In this document: positions 9,594-19,558 of the stretch, one piece after another
Position numbering within the stretch: the first letter of the stretch is position 1
How the letters are laid out: each line of letters starts with the position of its first letter
NCBI GenBank assembly: GCA_028688055.1
Contig: JAQTYZ010000001.1
Location: 114,910-178,909, forward strand
Length of the DNA: 64,000 nt
DNA from: Patescibacteria group bacterium
Lineage (GTDB): Bacteria > Patescibacteriota > Patescibacteriia > Buchananbacterales > UBA6539
Direction: 5' to 3'
Notes under the pieces: model-generated
What the model was told of the DNA's origin: nothing
Databases searched by the model: none
The model's input: only the letters and a program-made list of their open reading frames with translations
Translations under genes and position numbers: made by a program

Positions 9594-10622
9594 ATGGCAA
9601 CGAAGGCAATTTTTGAGAAGAAAAATATCTTGGTCACCGGTGGCGCCGGATTCATCGGCTCTCATCTTTGTGATGAGTTGATTAAAACTAACAAGGTAAT
9701 TTGTATTGACAATTTTATCTCTGGTGATGAATCAAATATTGATCATTTGCTTCAAAATCCGGACTTTGAGTTTCTTAAACATGATATTAATGACCCTATT
9801 AATTTGGAGGAATTAACTGAACTGGATAAATTTCGTGTTAAGTTTCAAGGAATTCAGGAAATTTATCATTTAGCTTGTCCAACCTCTCCTAAGGACTTTG
9901 AGAAAACAACTGTCGAAACTGCCTTAACCAATTCAGTGGGCACCAGAAATATGCTCGATTTGGCGGTGAAGTATAAGGCAAAATTTATGTTAACCTCATC
10001 ATCGGTTGTCTATGGAGCAAGAGATAATCAAAGTTTATATTTTAAGGAGGACCATCTCGGCCTGGTTAATCAGAATAGTCCTCGCGCTTGTTATGATGAA
10101 GGAAAAAAGTTTGCTGAAACTTTAACTTATACTTATCGTGAATATTATAAACTTGAGGCTAAGATTGTTAGAATTTTTCGAACTTATGGCCCAAGAATGG
10201 CTCTTAATACTGGTCAAATGTTGCCGGACTTCGTTTCGGGCGCTTTAGAAAATAAGGATTTAGTAATTTTTGGTGATGAAAGTTTTAGTTCGTCATTTTG
10301 TCATGTCGCTGACATTGTTCAAGGGATGATTAAAATGATGAAGTCGGGTGAAGTTGGTCCAATGAATTTAGGCAGCGATTTGGAATACAAAATTGTCGAC
10401 GTTGCCAAAAAGGTAATTGAGCTAACGGGTTCTAAGTCTAAAATTGTTTTTAAGAAGCCTTTGCTTTTCATGACGCCACTTGGTTTGCCCGACATTACGA
10501 TGGTAAAAGATAATTTGGGTTGGTTTCCCGTGGTTTTACTTGAAGAAGGAATCAAGAGCGCCATCGACTATTTCCGAGCCCATAAGTCAGTGTTAAGGCC
10601 GACTAGCCGCTTTGATAAATAA
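9594..10622 (+). CDS. UDP-glucuronate decarboxylase (UXS)-like extended SDR, divergent active site
   Basis: GGAGFIGSHL, YHLACPTSP, RACYDEGKK (YxxxK), RIFRTYGPRM. Confidence 0.75.
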   Translation: MATKAIFEKKNILVTGGAGFIGSHLCDELIKTNKVICIDNFISGDESNIDHLLQNPDFEFLKHDINDPINLEELTELDKFRVKFQGIQEIYHLACPTSPKDFEKTTVETALTNSVGTRNMLDLAVKYKAKFMLTSSSVVYGARDNQSLYFKEDHLGLVNQNSPRACYDEGKKFAETLTYTYREYYKLEAKIVRIFRTYGPRMALNTGQMLPDFVSGALENKDLVIFGDESFSSSFCHVADIVQGMIKMMKSGEVGPMNLGSDLEYKIVDVAKKVIELTGSKSKIVFKKPLLFMTPLGLPDITMVKDNLGWFPVVLLEEGIKSAIDYFRAHKSVLRPTSRFDK

Positions 10623-10631
10623 TTAGGTCGT

Positions 10632-11303
10632 ATGAGAATTTGGGTGGTAATACCGGCATACAACGAAGCAAGCATTATTGGCCGAGTTATTAAAGACTTG
10701 AAAGCTGGTGTTGAAAATATTGTTGTTGTCAATGACGGTTCTACCGATGACACAGCCATGGCGGCGACCGCGTCAGGCGCAGTCGTCATTAGTCATATGA
10801 TCAACCTCGGCCAGGGTGCAGCATTGCAGACTGGCATTGATTTTGCCTTGAAAAATGAGGCCGACATTATTATAACTTTTGACGGTGACGGTCAGCATCA
10901 AGTAGGTGATATTGAGAACGTAATTAAACCGTTAATATTAGGTGAAGTTGACGTTGTTCTCGGTTCAAGATTTTTAGTCAGTTCCAGCCAGGTTCCGACG
11001 TTGCGTCGGCTCTTGCTTAGGTTTGCGACCCTGGTGACTAAAATTTATACTGGTTTAGTCGTTACGGATACTCATAATGGTTTTCGAGCTTTTTCAAAAT
11101 ATGCGGCCGAAAAAATTGAAATCAGGCAAAATGGTATGGCCCATGCGTCGGAAATAATTGAACAAATCAAGCGTCAAAATTTGAAATTCAAAGAGGTGCC
11201 CATCACGATTAGATATACCGCCTACTCGTTAGCGAAAGGACAGCATTTAGGGGACTCATTCAAAATTTTTTGGGATTTAATAATTGGTAGAATCAGCCGA
11301 TGA
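10632..11303 (+). CDS. GT2 polyprenyl-phosphate glycosyltransferase (DPM1/PpgS-like)
   Basis: IPAYNE, VNDGSTD, NLGQGAAL, FDGDGQH, DTHNGFRAF and GMAHASEI. Confidence 0.85.
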   Translation: MRIWVVIPAYNEASIIGRVIKDLKAGVENIVVVNDGSTDDTAMAATASGAVVISHMINLGQGAALQTGIDFALKNEADIIITFDGDGQHQVGDIENVIKPLILGEVDVVLGSRFLVSSSQVPTLRRLLLRFATLVTKIYTGLVVTDTHNGFRAFSKYAAEKIEIRQNGMAHASEIIEQIKRQNLKFKEVPITIRYTAYSLAKGQHLGDSFKIFWDLIIGRISR

Positions 11304-11644
11304 TAATAAAAATTTTCATAATCTTATTCATCATCTTTGTGCTCAGTCGGACCTTTATTAGGTTTCGGGCAAAAGATATCACCATCCAAGAATTAGTTAT
11401 CTGGAGCATTTTTTGGTCCTCCGTTGCTATCGCGACTTTAATTCCCAGACAAACTGATGCGCTCGCGCGGATGGTTGGCGTTGCTAGGGGAGCCGATTTA
11501 TTAGTTTATATATCAATCATTGTTTTATTTTTTGTTGTCTTTAAAATAGTGGTCAAGTTGGAAAAAATTAGTCGTGATATCACTAAAATTGTTCGACACC
11601 AAGCCTTGAATGATAAAGAATATAAAGATAATGAGTCAAGATAA
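11300..11644 (+). CDS. DUF2304 family small membrane protein
   Basis: GVARGADLLVY and ITKIVRHQAL; overlaps the stop of the GT2 gene, the usual pairing. Confidence 0.75.
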   Translation: MIIKIFIILFIIFVLSRTFIRFRAKDITIQELVIWSIFWSSVAIATLIPRQTDALARMVGVARGADLLVYISIIVLFFVVFKIVVKLEKISRDITKIVRHQALNDKEYKDNESR

Positions 11645-12683
11645 CCCTAGGGTTTTAATTGTCGTTTTAGTTTATAATGGCGCCGATTTTCTCGGCGATT
11701 GTTTTTCTAGTTTAAATAACATAAATTATCCCAAAGAAAATTATGATATTTTGGCAGTGGACAATCTCTCAACTGACAACTCAGTTGAATATCTTAAAAA
11801 TAATTGGGCCACGGTAAAGCTGATCGTTAATAAAATAAATTTGGGTTTTGCCGGGGGCAACAATGTCGGTTTTCGGTATGGCATCGAAAATAATTATGAC
11901 TATGTATACTTACTAAATCAAGATACGACCGTCGATCCGGACTTCATTAAGGAGGCGGTTTTGACTGCCACGGCCGACGAAAAAATCGCCGCGGTGCAAT
12001 CAAAATTACTTTTACACGATCACCCAGAACTACTAAATAGCTCTGGCAATGAGATCAATTATTTAGGGTTTGCTTTCGCCGGCGGATATAAATTGCCTGA
12101 TACCATTACCCTTGATCAAGAAATAACCTATCCATCTGGGGCCTGCACTTTATTTAAGGTTAAAGCCTTAAGCGATGTCGGCTTATTTAATCCAGATTTT
12201 TTTATGTACCATGAGGATACGGATTTAGGCTGGCGATTTTGGATTAGTGGCTATCGAATTATTTTAGCTGCCAAATCAAAAGTTTTCCATAAGTATGAAT
12301 TTTCGCGGTCAATCAGAAAATACTATTTTATGGAACGAAATCGGTATTTGGTTTTTTTTCAGAATTACCGACCCTTAACAATGCTATTAATTTTGCCGGC
12401 TTTTGCGGCAATGAATCTGGCGATGTTTTTTTATTCCTTTTGGGCGGGTTGGTGGCGTGAGGAATTAAAAGTGGTTGCATATTTATGCCGGCCTAGCAGT
12501 TGGCAGAAAATTATTCAAACGAGAAATTTAGTGCAAGCTAAGCGACGGCTCGGGGACCAAATAGTCACTCAAAAATTTATCGGTAAAATTGAATTTCAAG
12601 ATCTTTCAAATCCACTGTTAAAATATTTAGTTAATCCGGTGATGGATTATTATTGGACTTTAATAAAGCCAATTATCAAGTAG
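11631..12683 (+). CDS. GT2 family glycosyltransferase (WbbL/rhamnosyltransferase-like)
   Basis: VDNLSTD, NLGFAGGNN, LLNQDT, FFMYHEDTDLGWR. Start placed at ATG 11631. Confidence 0.8.
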   Translation: MSQDNPRVLIVVLVYNGADFLGDCFSSLNNINYPKENYDILAVDNLSTDNSVEYLKNNWATVKLIVNKINLGFAGGNNVGFRYGIENNYDYVYLLNQDTTVDPDFIKEAVLTATADEKIAAVQSKLLLHDHPELLNSSGNEINYLGFAFAGGYKLPDTITLDQEITYPSGACTLFKVKALSDVGLFNPDFFMYHEDTDLGWRFWISGYRIILAAKSKVFHKYEFSRSIRKYYFMERNRYLVFFQNYRPLTMLLILPAFAAMNLAMFFYSFWAGWWREELKVVAYLCRPSSWQKIIQTRNLVQAKRRLGDQIVTQKFIGKIEFQDLSNPLLKYLVNPVMDYYWTLIKPIIK

Positions 12684-12694
12684 CGCCAAATATT

Positions 12695-13849
12695 ATGAGT
12701 AAAAAAATCGCCATTATCACCCCAACCTTTCCGCCCTATGCCGGCGGCATTGGTAATGTCGCGGCTGCCACTGGCGAAGCATTAAAAACTCTGGGTTATG
12801 ATGTTACGGTATTTACGCCTTTGTATAATCAAGTTAAAGAAGAAGTGACGGGTGTCAAAGTCGTGCGAATTAAGCCGCTTTTAAAGTATGGCAATGCCGC
12901 GGTGGTTACGAAATTGCCTAAACTGATTAAGTCTTTTGACATTATTCATCTTCACTATCCATTTTTTGGCGGGGCGGAGATGTTGTGGCTTAACCGTAGA
13001 AAAATTAAGCAGCGCGGTCAAAAAATTATTATCCATTATCATATGGATGTTGTCGGTGAAGGAATATTTAAAATTATTTTTAGTTTTCATCGTACTTTTA
13101 TTTTACCGCAAATTGTAAAAATGGCTGATAAAATAATTTTTACCTCAATTGATTATGGCAAAGAATCTAACTTAGCTTTAGCTTATCAGTCCTGGCCGGA
13201 TAAATTTATTGAAATTCCCAACGGGGTTGATAGCACAGTTTTTAAGCCTTTCGAAAAATCGACTGAACTAATGGCTAGATATAATATTGAAAATCATGAT
13301 CGAATCGTTCTGTTTGTCGGCGGTCTTGATAAGGCTCATTATTTTAAAGGGGTTGAGTATCTAATTGAAGCGGTTGCTCGTTTGCGCCGCGCTGACTTTC
13401 CGATTAAATTAGTAATCGTCGGCGAGGGGGAGCTTAAAAAACAGTATCAAGATATCGCCGTTCAATTAAATATCGGCAATTGGGTCGTCTTTAGCGGCTA
13501 TGTTCCGAATCACGAATTACCCTTATTCTATAATCTTGCTGATGTCGTGATTTTGGCATCAGTCGATCGGTCCGAAGCATTTGGTTTAACGCTGGTCGAA
13601 GGTATGTCGTGTGCTAAGCCAGTTATCGCCTCAGATTTAGGTGGCGTTAGAAGCGTGATCGACAATGAAGTTAATGGTTTATTAGTAAAACCGAAGGACG
13701 TTGATGATTTGGCAAAAAAAATAAATTTTTTGCTGGACAATCCTGATGTCGCGAGGATTTATGGCGAGGCGGGTCGAACCAAGGTAGCGCGAGTTTATGA
13801 TTGGAAAATTATTGCCAAGCAAATTTCCGAGTTATATGAGAGTTTATGA
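12695..13849 (+). CDS. GT4 family glycosyltransferase
   Basis: PPYAGGI, IPNGVD, EAFGLTLVEGM (EX7E). Start placed at ATG 12695. Confidence 0.85.
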   Translation: MSKKIAIITPTFPPYAGGIGNVAAATGEALKTLGYDVTVFTPLYNQVKEEVTGVKVVRIKPLLKYGNAAVVTKLPKLIKSFDIIHLHYPFFGGAEMLWLNRRKIKQRGQKIIIHYHMDVVGEGIFKIIFSFHRTFILPQIVKMADKIIFTSIDYGKESNLALAYQSWPDKFIEIPNGVDSTVFKPFEKSTELMARYNIENHDRIVLFVGGLDKAHYFKGVEYLIEAVARLRRADFPIKLVIVGEGELKKQYQDIAVQLNIGNWVVFSGYVPNHELPLFYNLADVVILASVDRSEAFGLTLVEGMSCAKPVIASDLGGVRSVIDNEVNGLLVKPKDVDDLAKKINFLLDNPDVARIYGEAGRTKVARVYDWKIIAKQISELYESL

Positions 13850-14214
13850 GTAAGCTGTTCACGATGACAAAATGGTGGTTGGCGGTGGCGGGCTGGATGG
13901 CTGTTATTTTTTGTTTTTCCAACCAGCCTAATCTTCGGTCTGAACTAGTTCCGGTCTGGGATTTTGTTTTCCGTAAGATCGCCCACCTGTCAGAATATTT
14001 TGTTTTATCTTATTTGGTTTGGCGGGCTTTGAGAAAGAATGAAATAGAAAATACCGCCGCGATTTTTAGCGCCATTTTTTTTAGTCTGTTGTATTCAGTT
14101 ACTGACGAATGGCATCAATCATTTATTGTCGGTCGTGAATCAAATATCCATGATGTGGGCATCGACTTGCTTGGGATGTTATTCTTTGGTTTTTTAAGTA
14201 TCATAAAAAAATGA
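13846..14214 (+). CDS. VanZ family membrane protein
   Basis: RKIAHLSEY, DEWHQSFIVGR and DVGIDLLG. Confidence 0.85.
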   Translation: MSKLFTMTKWWLAVAGWMAVIFCFSNQPNLRSELVPVWDFVFRKIAHLSEYFVLSYLVWRALRKNEIENTAAIFSAIFFSLLYSVTDEWHQSFIVGRESNIHDVGIDLLGMLFFGFLSIIKK

Positions 14215-15377
14215 AGCTTTGTTTAATTAATAGCTTATATGAACCATATTCGCGCGGCGGCGCGGAAGTTGTTTTTGATACGGTCGTCAAAGAATTTTTG
14301 AAATTAAATTATGAGGTGGTGGTCATTACGCTTGGTCGTAAAAAAGAAGTTGTCAGACAAAATAATTTGACGATTTACCGCATTAAGCCCGTTAATGTAT
14401 TTTCATTTCTTGACATTAATAGTCGTCCAATCTGGCTGAGAATTTTTTGGCATCCGCTTGATGTTTTTAATTTAAGCTCATATTTCTCGGTTAAAAAAAT
14501 ATTGAAAATTGAAAAGCCGGTTGTCGTGATGACCCACAATCTCAAGGGTTTGGGTTATTTAATACCACTGGCCATAAAATCACTCAAATTGCGACATTGG
14601 CATACCATTCATGATGTTCAATTATCGCGGCCGTCTGGTTTAATCATTTTTGGTCAGGAAAAACCTTTTTTGTTTATTGATATGGCCTATGAAAAAATCG
14701 TCCGTTGGCTTTTTGGCTCGCCGGAAATTGTTATTTCACCGTCGAATTGGTTGCTGGATTATTATAAAGTTCGGGGATTTTTTCACCATTCTAAAAAAAT
14801 TATTTTGCCCAATCCGATTATTTTTTTAAAAGTCAAAAAACAAGACGAAAAAGTTGAAAGTAACATAGTAACATTTATTTTTGTTGGTCAAGTGGAGCAA
14901 TCGAAGGGGATTTTATTTCTAATTGAAGCTTTGAAAAAGGTTCGACAGTCTGATTGGCGTCTTCAAATAGTTGGTTCGGGACGAGCCGAAAATGAGGCTA
15001 AAAGGTTGGCCGGGGATGATGCTCGTTTTGAGTTTATCGGCCGCGTGCCGCCTGGTATCTTAATTGAACATTATCGAAATGCTGACTTTACGGTTGTTCC
15101 TTCACTTTGCTATGAAAATTCACCAAAGGTTATTGACGAAAGTTTAGCGGCGAATGTGCCAGTGATTGCCGCCGATATCGGCGGCGTTTCCGAGCGGGTC
15201 AAGGATGATTACAACGGTTTTACTTTTGCGCCGGCTAACGAAAAAAATTTAATTGAGGTTTTGGAGTATTTTTTAACTCATCAACAAGATATTGAGAGAC
15301 TGAAAAAAAATTGTTTTGTTTCGGTCCACAATTTATCGGCTTCAAGTTATCTTAAGCACTTATTGGGTTTGTTGTAA
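14211..15377 (+). CDS. GT4 family glycosyltransferase
   Basis: GGAE, TIHD, VPSLCYENSPKVIDES and IGGVSE. Confidence 0.85.
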   Translation: MKLCLINSLYEPYSRGGAEVVFDTVVKEFLKLNYEVVVITLGRKKEVVRQNNLTIYRIKPVNVFSFLDINSRPIWLRIFWHPLDVFNLSSYFSVKKILKIEKPVVVMTHNLKGLGYLIPLAIKSLKLRHWHTIHDVQLSRPSGLIIFGQEKPFLFIDMAYEKIVRWLFGSPEIVISPSNWLLDYYKVRGFFHHSKKIILPNPIIFLKVKKQDEKVESNIVTFIFVGQVEQSKGILFLIEALKKVRQSDWRLQIVGSGRAENEAKRLAGDDARFEFIGRVPPGILIEHYRNADFTVVPSLCYENSPKVIDESLAANVPVIAADIGGVSERVKDDYNGFTFAPANEKNLIEVLEYFLTHQQDIERLKKNCFVSVHNLSASSYLKHLLGLL

Positions 15378-15407
15378 AAAAAGAAGTCACACGACGAGGT
15401 GTGACCT
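15376..15407 (-). terminator. Intrinsic terminator of the small minus-strand gene
   Basis: Minus strand: AGGTCACAC-CTCGTC-GTGTGACTT followed by CTTTTTTT. Confidence 0.6.
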
Positions 15408-15445
15408 GAGGGGGGGGCTCAAGGAGCAAACGCGTTTGTGGGCGC

Positions 15446-15730
15446 TTAGGCGGTGGCCATAACGAATTGTTGCAGACCTTGCACATCTTGATGCTGGCCA
15501 ACAAGCCAGTCAACGATTTCGTCAACATCGTTTGTGCCGGACAACTCAACAATCCGCTCATATAGCGCCTCACCCGACAATTCGGGTTCGACCGGATTGT
15601 TACAGACGCTGCATAGGACTACAGCGATCTGTTCCAGGGTAAGCCCCCGGGACTGAAGATGCGTCCAAACAATCTCGTCCAGTAAGGGGGATCGATTTTC
15701 CCCCAATAATGGTCCAATACCGTTACTCAC
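15446..15730 (-). CDS. Orphan acidic hypothetical protein (about 94 aa, CxxC)
   Basis: GTG start 5 nt after AAGGAGG. Upstream TTTACA-17-TTTAAT promoter and its own terminator. No recognised domain. Confidence 0.55.
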   Translation of the reverse strand: MSNGIGPLLGENRSPLLDEIVWTHLQSRGLTLEQIAVVLCSVCNNPVEPELSGEALYERIVELSGTNDVDEIVDWLVGQHQDVQGLQQFVMATA

Positions 15731-15810
15731 GACTGCCTCCTTTCTTGCTGGGTTTGATTCGGTTGGCGTAACAGTTGCAACCATATTAAATCACATAATC
15801 TTAATTTTGT

Positions 15811-15846
15811 AAATACCAAGCCCCGTTTAGGCGGGGCTTGGTATTT
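15811..15846. terminator. Perfect 15-bp inverted repeat, terminator-like
   Basis: AAATACCAAGCCCCG-TTTAGG-CGGGGCTTGGTATTT, directly after the stop of 15850..17946. Confidence 0.7.
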
Positions 15847-15849
15847 GGG

Positions 15850-17946
15850 TTATTGTTGGTATCTAAATATAAATATCTGGCCGTTATCTATGGCGTAAAC
15901 CTTATCAGCACTATCTGACGCTTGATTGACTATTTTTTCAAAGTTATTCCAATATTTATTTATGACAAAATATGACTCATTAACTTGGGCATCATTCATT
16001 ATTTTTACCATTGTCTCGCGATTGGCACCATTATAAACCATACTCAAATAGGCGTCATAGAAAGTTTTCGGACTGCCGTTAGGCATGGAGTAAAAAAATT
16101 GACCATCATAATATTTTTTAAAACCAAACTCTTTGATGGCCGCCGCGCCAACCATTTGGTTAGCTAAAACAAGATGATTTGGCGCGGCAATTTGTTCAAT
16201 GTAATTCACGGCATCAATATCAGCTTGCCCTAGGCTAAAAAATTTAGCTGGCTCGTATTGATTTAGTCTTGGATAAGATAAATATAGTGATGCTGAAGCT
16301 AAGGCAGTTAGTCCTAAGGTCAAAAAAGATTTATAGAAAAAATCCTGAGACCAAACAATTTTGGTAATTTGATAAATGCCAACTAAGAAAAACGGCAATA
16401 AGGTGTAAAACACCAACCAAATCAAACGATTGGTAAAATCGTTTTGGTCATAACTGCTTAAGGCTGGGAATTCAATAAAATATTTGACGATAATGAAATC
16501 AGCCAATAAAACAAAACCGGCGGTCAGGTAAGCGCTATTATTTTTAAGCAACTTGTGCCCCGCTACAAATTTGAGTCCAATAAAAATAACTATGGCTGCC
16601 AAAATTATTTTGTTTAAGCTGATAAAGTAAGTAAAGTTTAACGGTAGATCAAATTTGTCTATCAGCCCTACAACATTGAAGTTAATGTTGTGGATTGTTG
16701 GTAAGTTAATCGTTGCCCCATTGGCAAAAAAGGCTAATGGCAACAATGGTATGAATACCAGTGACGTCCAAAAATAAAGCGGTAAGTGATGTCGGTAGCT
16801 TGAATAAAAAGCTTTGAAAATATTAAACAGGACTACGCAAATTAATAACGGAATACCGGCGAGCGGGTGAATAATTAAAGTCGCGGCGGCCAGGAGATAT
16901 AAAACACGCGCAGGGATGGCGTCGCGAAAATATGCCATTGACAATAAAATCGTCGCGATGAAATAAATATTCGCTAGATTTTGCGGGGCGGTCATAATAA
17001 ATCCGGTATAGGGGATCAGTAGAATGGAAAAAGCGAGGATCAGGGAGTAATTTTTTTTAAACCATTGACTGAAGGTAAAAAAGATAATTGGTGGAACGAA
17101 AATTGAAAAAATGGCCGGAACTAAAAGTCGATCGATAATAGTCAGGTCGACCAGGGTAAGTTTATGAAAAAAGATAACTAGACCATATTGTCCAAGATAG
17201 TATAAAGTTTTCGGCGCGATGATACCGGTCTGGTCGATAATTTTTTCGGCGGCTTGATGAATGAAAGGGTCAAAACCGTAGCCAATTTTATAAACAATAA
17301 GTGCGACCGAACTACTGAGAAAAGCATAAAGCGAAATTAAGGCCAGCGGCAACTTGGTTCTGAAGGACTGAAACAGGTAAACAATCAGTATAAATCCAGC
17401 CAATGAATAGGCGGGTATAAAAGCCCAGTGGACGGTTTCCCAAGGTGATTGAATGGAAGCTACGGTTTGCCCTTGATCCAGGAGATAAAAGCAGCCAGCC
17501 GTAATCATCAGATAAAATAAAACCAGGATAAAATTAGTTTTTGGTTCGCGCCGTTGATCAAATTTAGCTAAGTAATCTTTTAAGGTTTTTTTAAGTGAGA
17601 ATTTTTCTCTAAGTTCGGCCCGATAATACGGAATCATTAGGGCAGCGGGAATAAAAAGCAAAATCAGCAGGAAAACGTAGTTTGATAGCTGGTAAACTAA
17701 AATGGCGCTACCGCCCAAGAGGGCAATTAAGGCGATGAGGAAAAAAGCTCCTAATAAAATCTGCCAACCGCGCTCGGCTACAAATAGTGAGCCAAAAATA
17801 AAGCCGTAAAAAAATAAAAAGGCTAGACCAATTAAGCTGCCAACATAAATATTTTGCCAAAAACTGATATTAATAATCGCCAAAATAAAAATGGCAAAGG
17901 TAATACTGAGGTATTTGGTTTTAGTTATTTTTGCCTCCATAATCAT
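15850..17946 (-). CDS. Large polytopic membrane protein, probable GT-C-fold glycosyltransferase
   Basis: Many TMs, loop GYGFDPFIHQ, IHPLAGI and a soluble C-terminal domain. True start may be ATG 17940. Confidence 0.55.
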   Translation of the reverse strand: MIMEAKITKTKYLSITFAIFILAIINISFWQNIYVGSLIGLAFLFFYGFIFGSLFVAERGWQILLGAFFLIALIALLGGSAILVYQLSNYVFLLILLFIPAALMIPYYRAELREKFSLKKTLKDYLAKFDQRREPKTNFILVLFYLMITAGCFYLLDQGQTVASIQSPWETVHWAFIPAYSLAGFILIVYLFQSFRTKLPLALISLYAFLSSSVALIVYKIGYGFDPFIHQAAEKIIDQTGIIAPKTLYYLGQYGLVIFFHKLTLVDLTIIDRLLVPAIFSIFVPPIIFFTFSQWFKKNYSLILAFSILLIPYTGFIMTAPQNLANIYFIATILLSMAYFRDAIPARVLYLLAAATLIIHPLAGIPLLICVVLFNIFKAFYSSYRHHLPLYFWTSLVFIPLLPLAFFANGATINLPTIHNINFNVVGLIDKFDLPLNFTYFISLNKIILAAIVIFIGLKFVAGHKLLKNNSAYLTAGFVLLADFIIVKYFIEFPALSSYDQNDFTNRLIWLVFYTLLPFFLVGIYQITKIVWSQDFFYKSFLTLGLTALASASLYLSYPRLNQYEPAKFFSLGQADIDAVNYIEQIAAPNHLVLANQMVGAAAIKEFGFKKYYDGQFFYSMPNGSPKTFYDAYLSMVYNGANRETMVKIMNDAQVNESYFVINKYWNNFEKIVNQASDSADKVYAIDNGQIFIFRYQQ

Positions 17947-17986
17947 AGTTTAGCACAGGGAGGCCATTTTTTGCTATAATTGAAAT

Positions 17987-19558
17987 ATGGCAAAAAAGCA
18001 TTTTTTATCCCTAATAGTATTATCCGTAATTTTTTTAGTTATTTATGTTTGGCTAGCCAGTCCCGCGGTGACCAGCTTTAGCTTGGACAACCGGTTTGAT
18101 TGGCCTGACGAAACGGCCAACTATTTTTGGACTAAGAATTTTGCTCAAACCGGCGAGCTGTCGGTATTTCAACCACTTAATTTGTCGGCCCAAAATCAGA
18201 TTCATCCGCGCAGTTTTAATGTGCGATCTGACGGTTCATTAGTCCCAGGCAGTTTCTTGGGGTTGATTTTAATGTATGGTTTTTTGGCGAAAATTTTTGG
18301 CCCGTGGCTTATTATTTATCTAACGCCGATTTTGTCGGTTTTAGGTGTTTTGGCATTTTATGGCATTGTCAAGGAAATTTTTGATTCTCGGATTGCCAAA
18401 ATTTCGGCGGTGTTAATGTTTATTAACCCAGCTTGGTGGTATTATTCGGTCACGACCATGTTGCCAAATGTCGCTTTTGTATCTTTAGCTTTAGTCAGTA
18501 TTTTTTTTCTGATCAGGAAATCAAAACACCAGTTCAGCTCAGCAATTATTTCCGGCTTAAGTCTGGGCTTGGCGGTTTCTGTCAGACCGTCCGAAGTCAT
18601 CTGGCTGGCGGGTGTCTATCTGGCGGTTTTTTTATACCGACGCCACGGTTTGAAATTTATCACGCTGTTTTATTTTTTTGCCGCCGCGGCGTTAATGATG
18701 TTACCCACATTATATTATCAACAACTGACGTTTGGTAATTTTTTAACTTCCGGCTATGAACAATTAAATACCGAAAGCAGTAACGTCTGCGGTGCGTGCG
18801 AATTGACTAAGTCACTAATTTTGCCTTTTGGCTTCCATCCCGGTTTGGCCACCCAAAATTTTTGGACTCATTATTTAAGTCGATTATGGTGGTTGTCGTT
18901 GCTTTCAGTTTTAGGGCTCGTTTCTTTTTTGGCTAAAAGCTCCAAGCAAAAAAATGAAATTTGGGGTTATCTTGCTCTGAGCGCGTTTGTTTTTTCTTGG
19001 CTAGGTATTTATTATGGCAGCTGGCAGTTTGCCGATCAGCTGACAGTCAATTTAAACACCTTAGGTTTATCTTACGTCAGGTATTGGCTACCACTTTATT
19101 TGTTAGCGTTGCCATTTACCGCCATGGGGTTAATGTGGCTGTCCAATTTTATTCGGTTAAAATGGCGGCGGGCGTCCATTGGAGTAATGCTGATTTTATT
19201 GCTTTATCCGGCCGCAAAATTGACTTTGCACGATCAGGCCGACAGTATTTTACCGGTTAAGGCGCGAATTGCCGTTTATAAAAAAGAGGCGGCGGAAATT
19301 AATCAAGTGACTCCGTCAGACGCCGTTGTCGTCACTGTCCGAAAGGATAAAGTTTTGTTTCCTGAACGCCAAGTTATTCATTCCTTTGAACCGCTTAGTC
19401 AAAATTTAGAATTGCAAACTATTTTGCCAAAGTTAATTAAAGAAACTCCGGTTTATTATTTAGCCCTCATGGCGGAGCCAAACTTAGAATTATCAAACGG
19501 TTTAATTTTGACGCCAGTTAAAAACGTTGACGGTATGGTTTTATATCAAATCCAATGA
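17987..19558 (+). CDS. GT-C (PMT/ArnT-like) membrane glycosyltransferase
   Basis: Acidic first-loop motif FDWPDE after TM1, many TMs, and RYWLP. Confidence 0.7.
   Translation: MAKKHFLSLIVLSVIFLVIYVWLASPAVTSFSLDNRFDWPDETANYFWTKNFAQTGELSVFQPLNLSAQNQIHPRSFNVRSDGSLVPGSFLGLILMYGFLAKIFGPWLIIYLTPILSVLGVLAFYGIVKEIFDSRIAKISAVLMFINPAWWYYSVTTMLPNVAFVSLALVSIFFLIRKSKHQFSSAIISGLSLGLAVSVRPSEVIWLAGVYLAVFLYRRHGLKFITLFYFFAAAALMMLPTLYYQQLTFGNFLTSGYEQLNTESSNVCGACELTKSLILPFGFHPGLATQNFWTHYLSRLWWLSLLSVLGLVSFLAKSSKQKNEIWGYLALSAFVFSWLGIYYGSWQFADQLTVNLNTLGLSYVRYWLPLYLLALPFTAMGLMWLSNFIRLKWRRASIGVMLILLLYPAAKLTLHDQADSILPVKARIAVYKKEAAEINQVTPSDAVVVTVRKDKVLFPERQVIHSFEPLSQNLELQTILPKLIKETPVYYLALMAEPNLELSNGLILTPVKNVDGMVLYQIQ

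Noticed and set aside
13846-14214. VanZ as a glycopeptide-resistance locus
   Set aside because: No vanHAX or vanRS genes; VanZ-like genes are common in glycan clusters.
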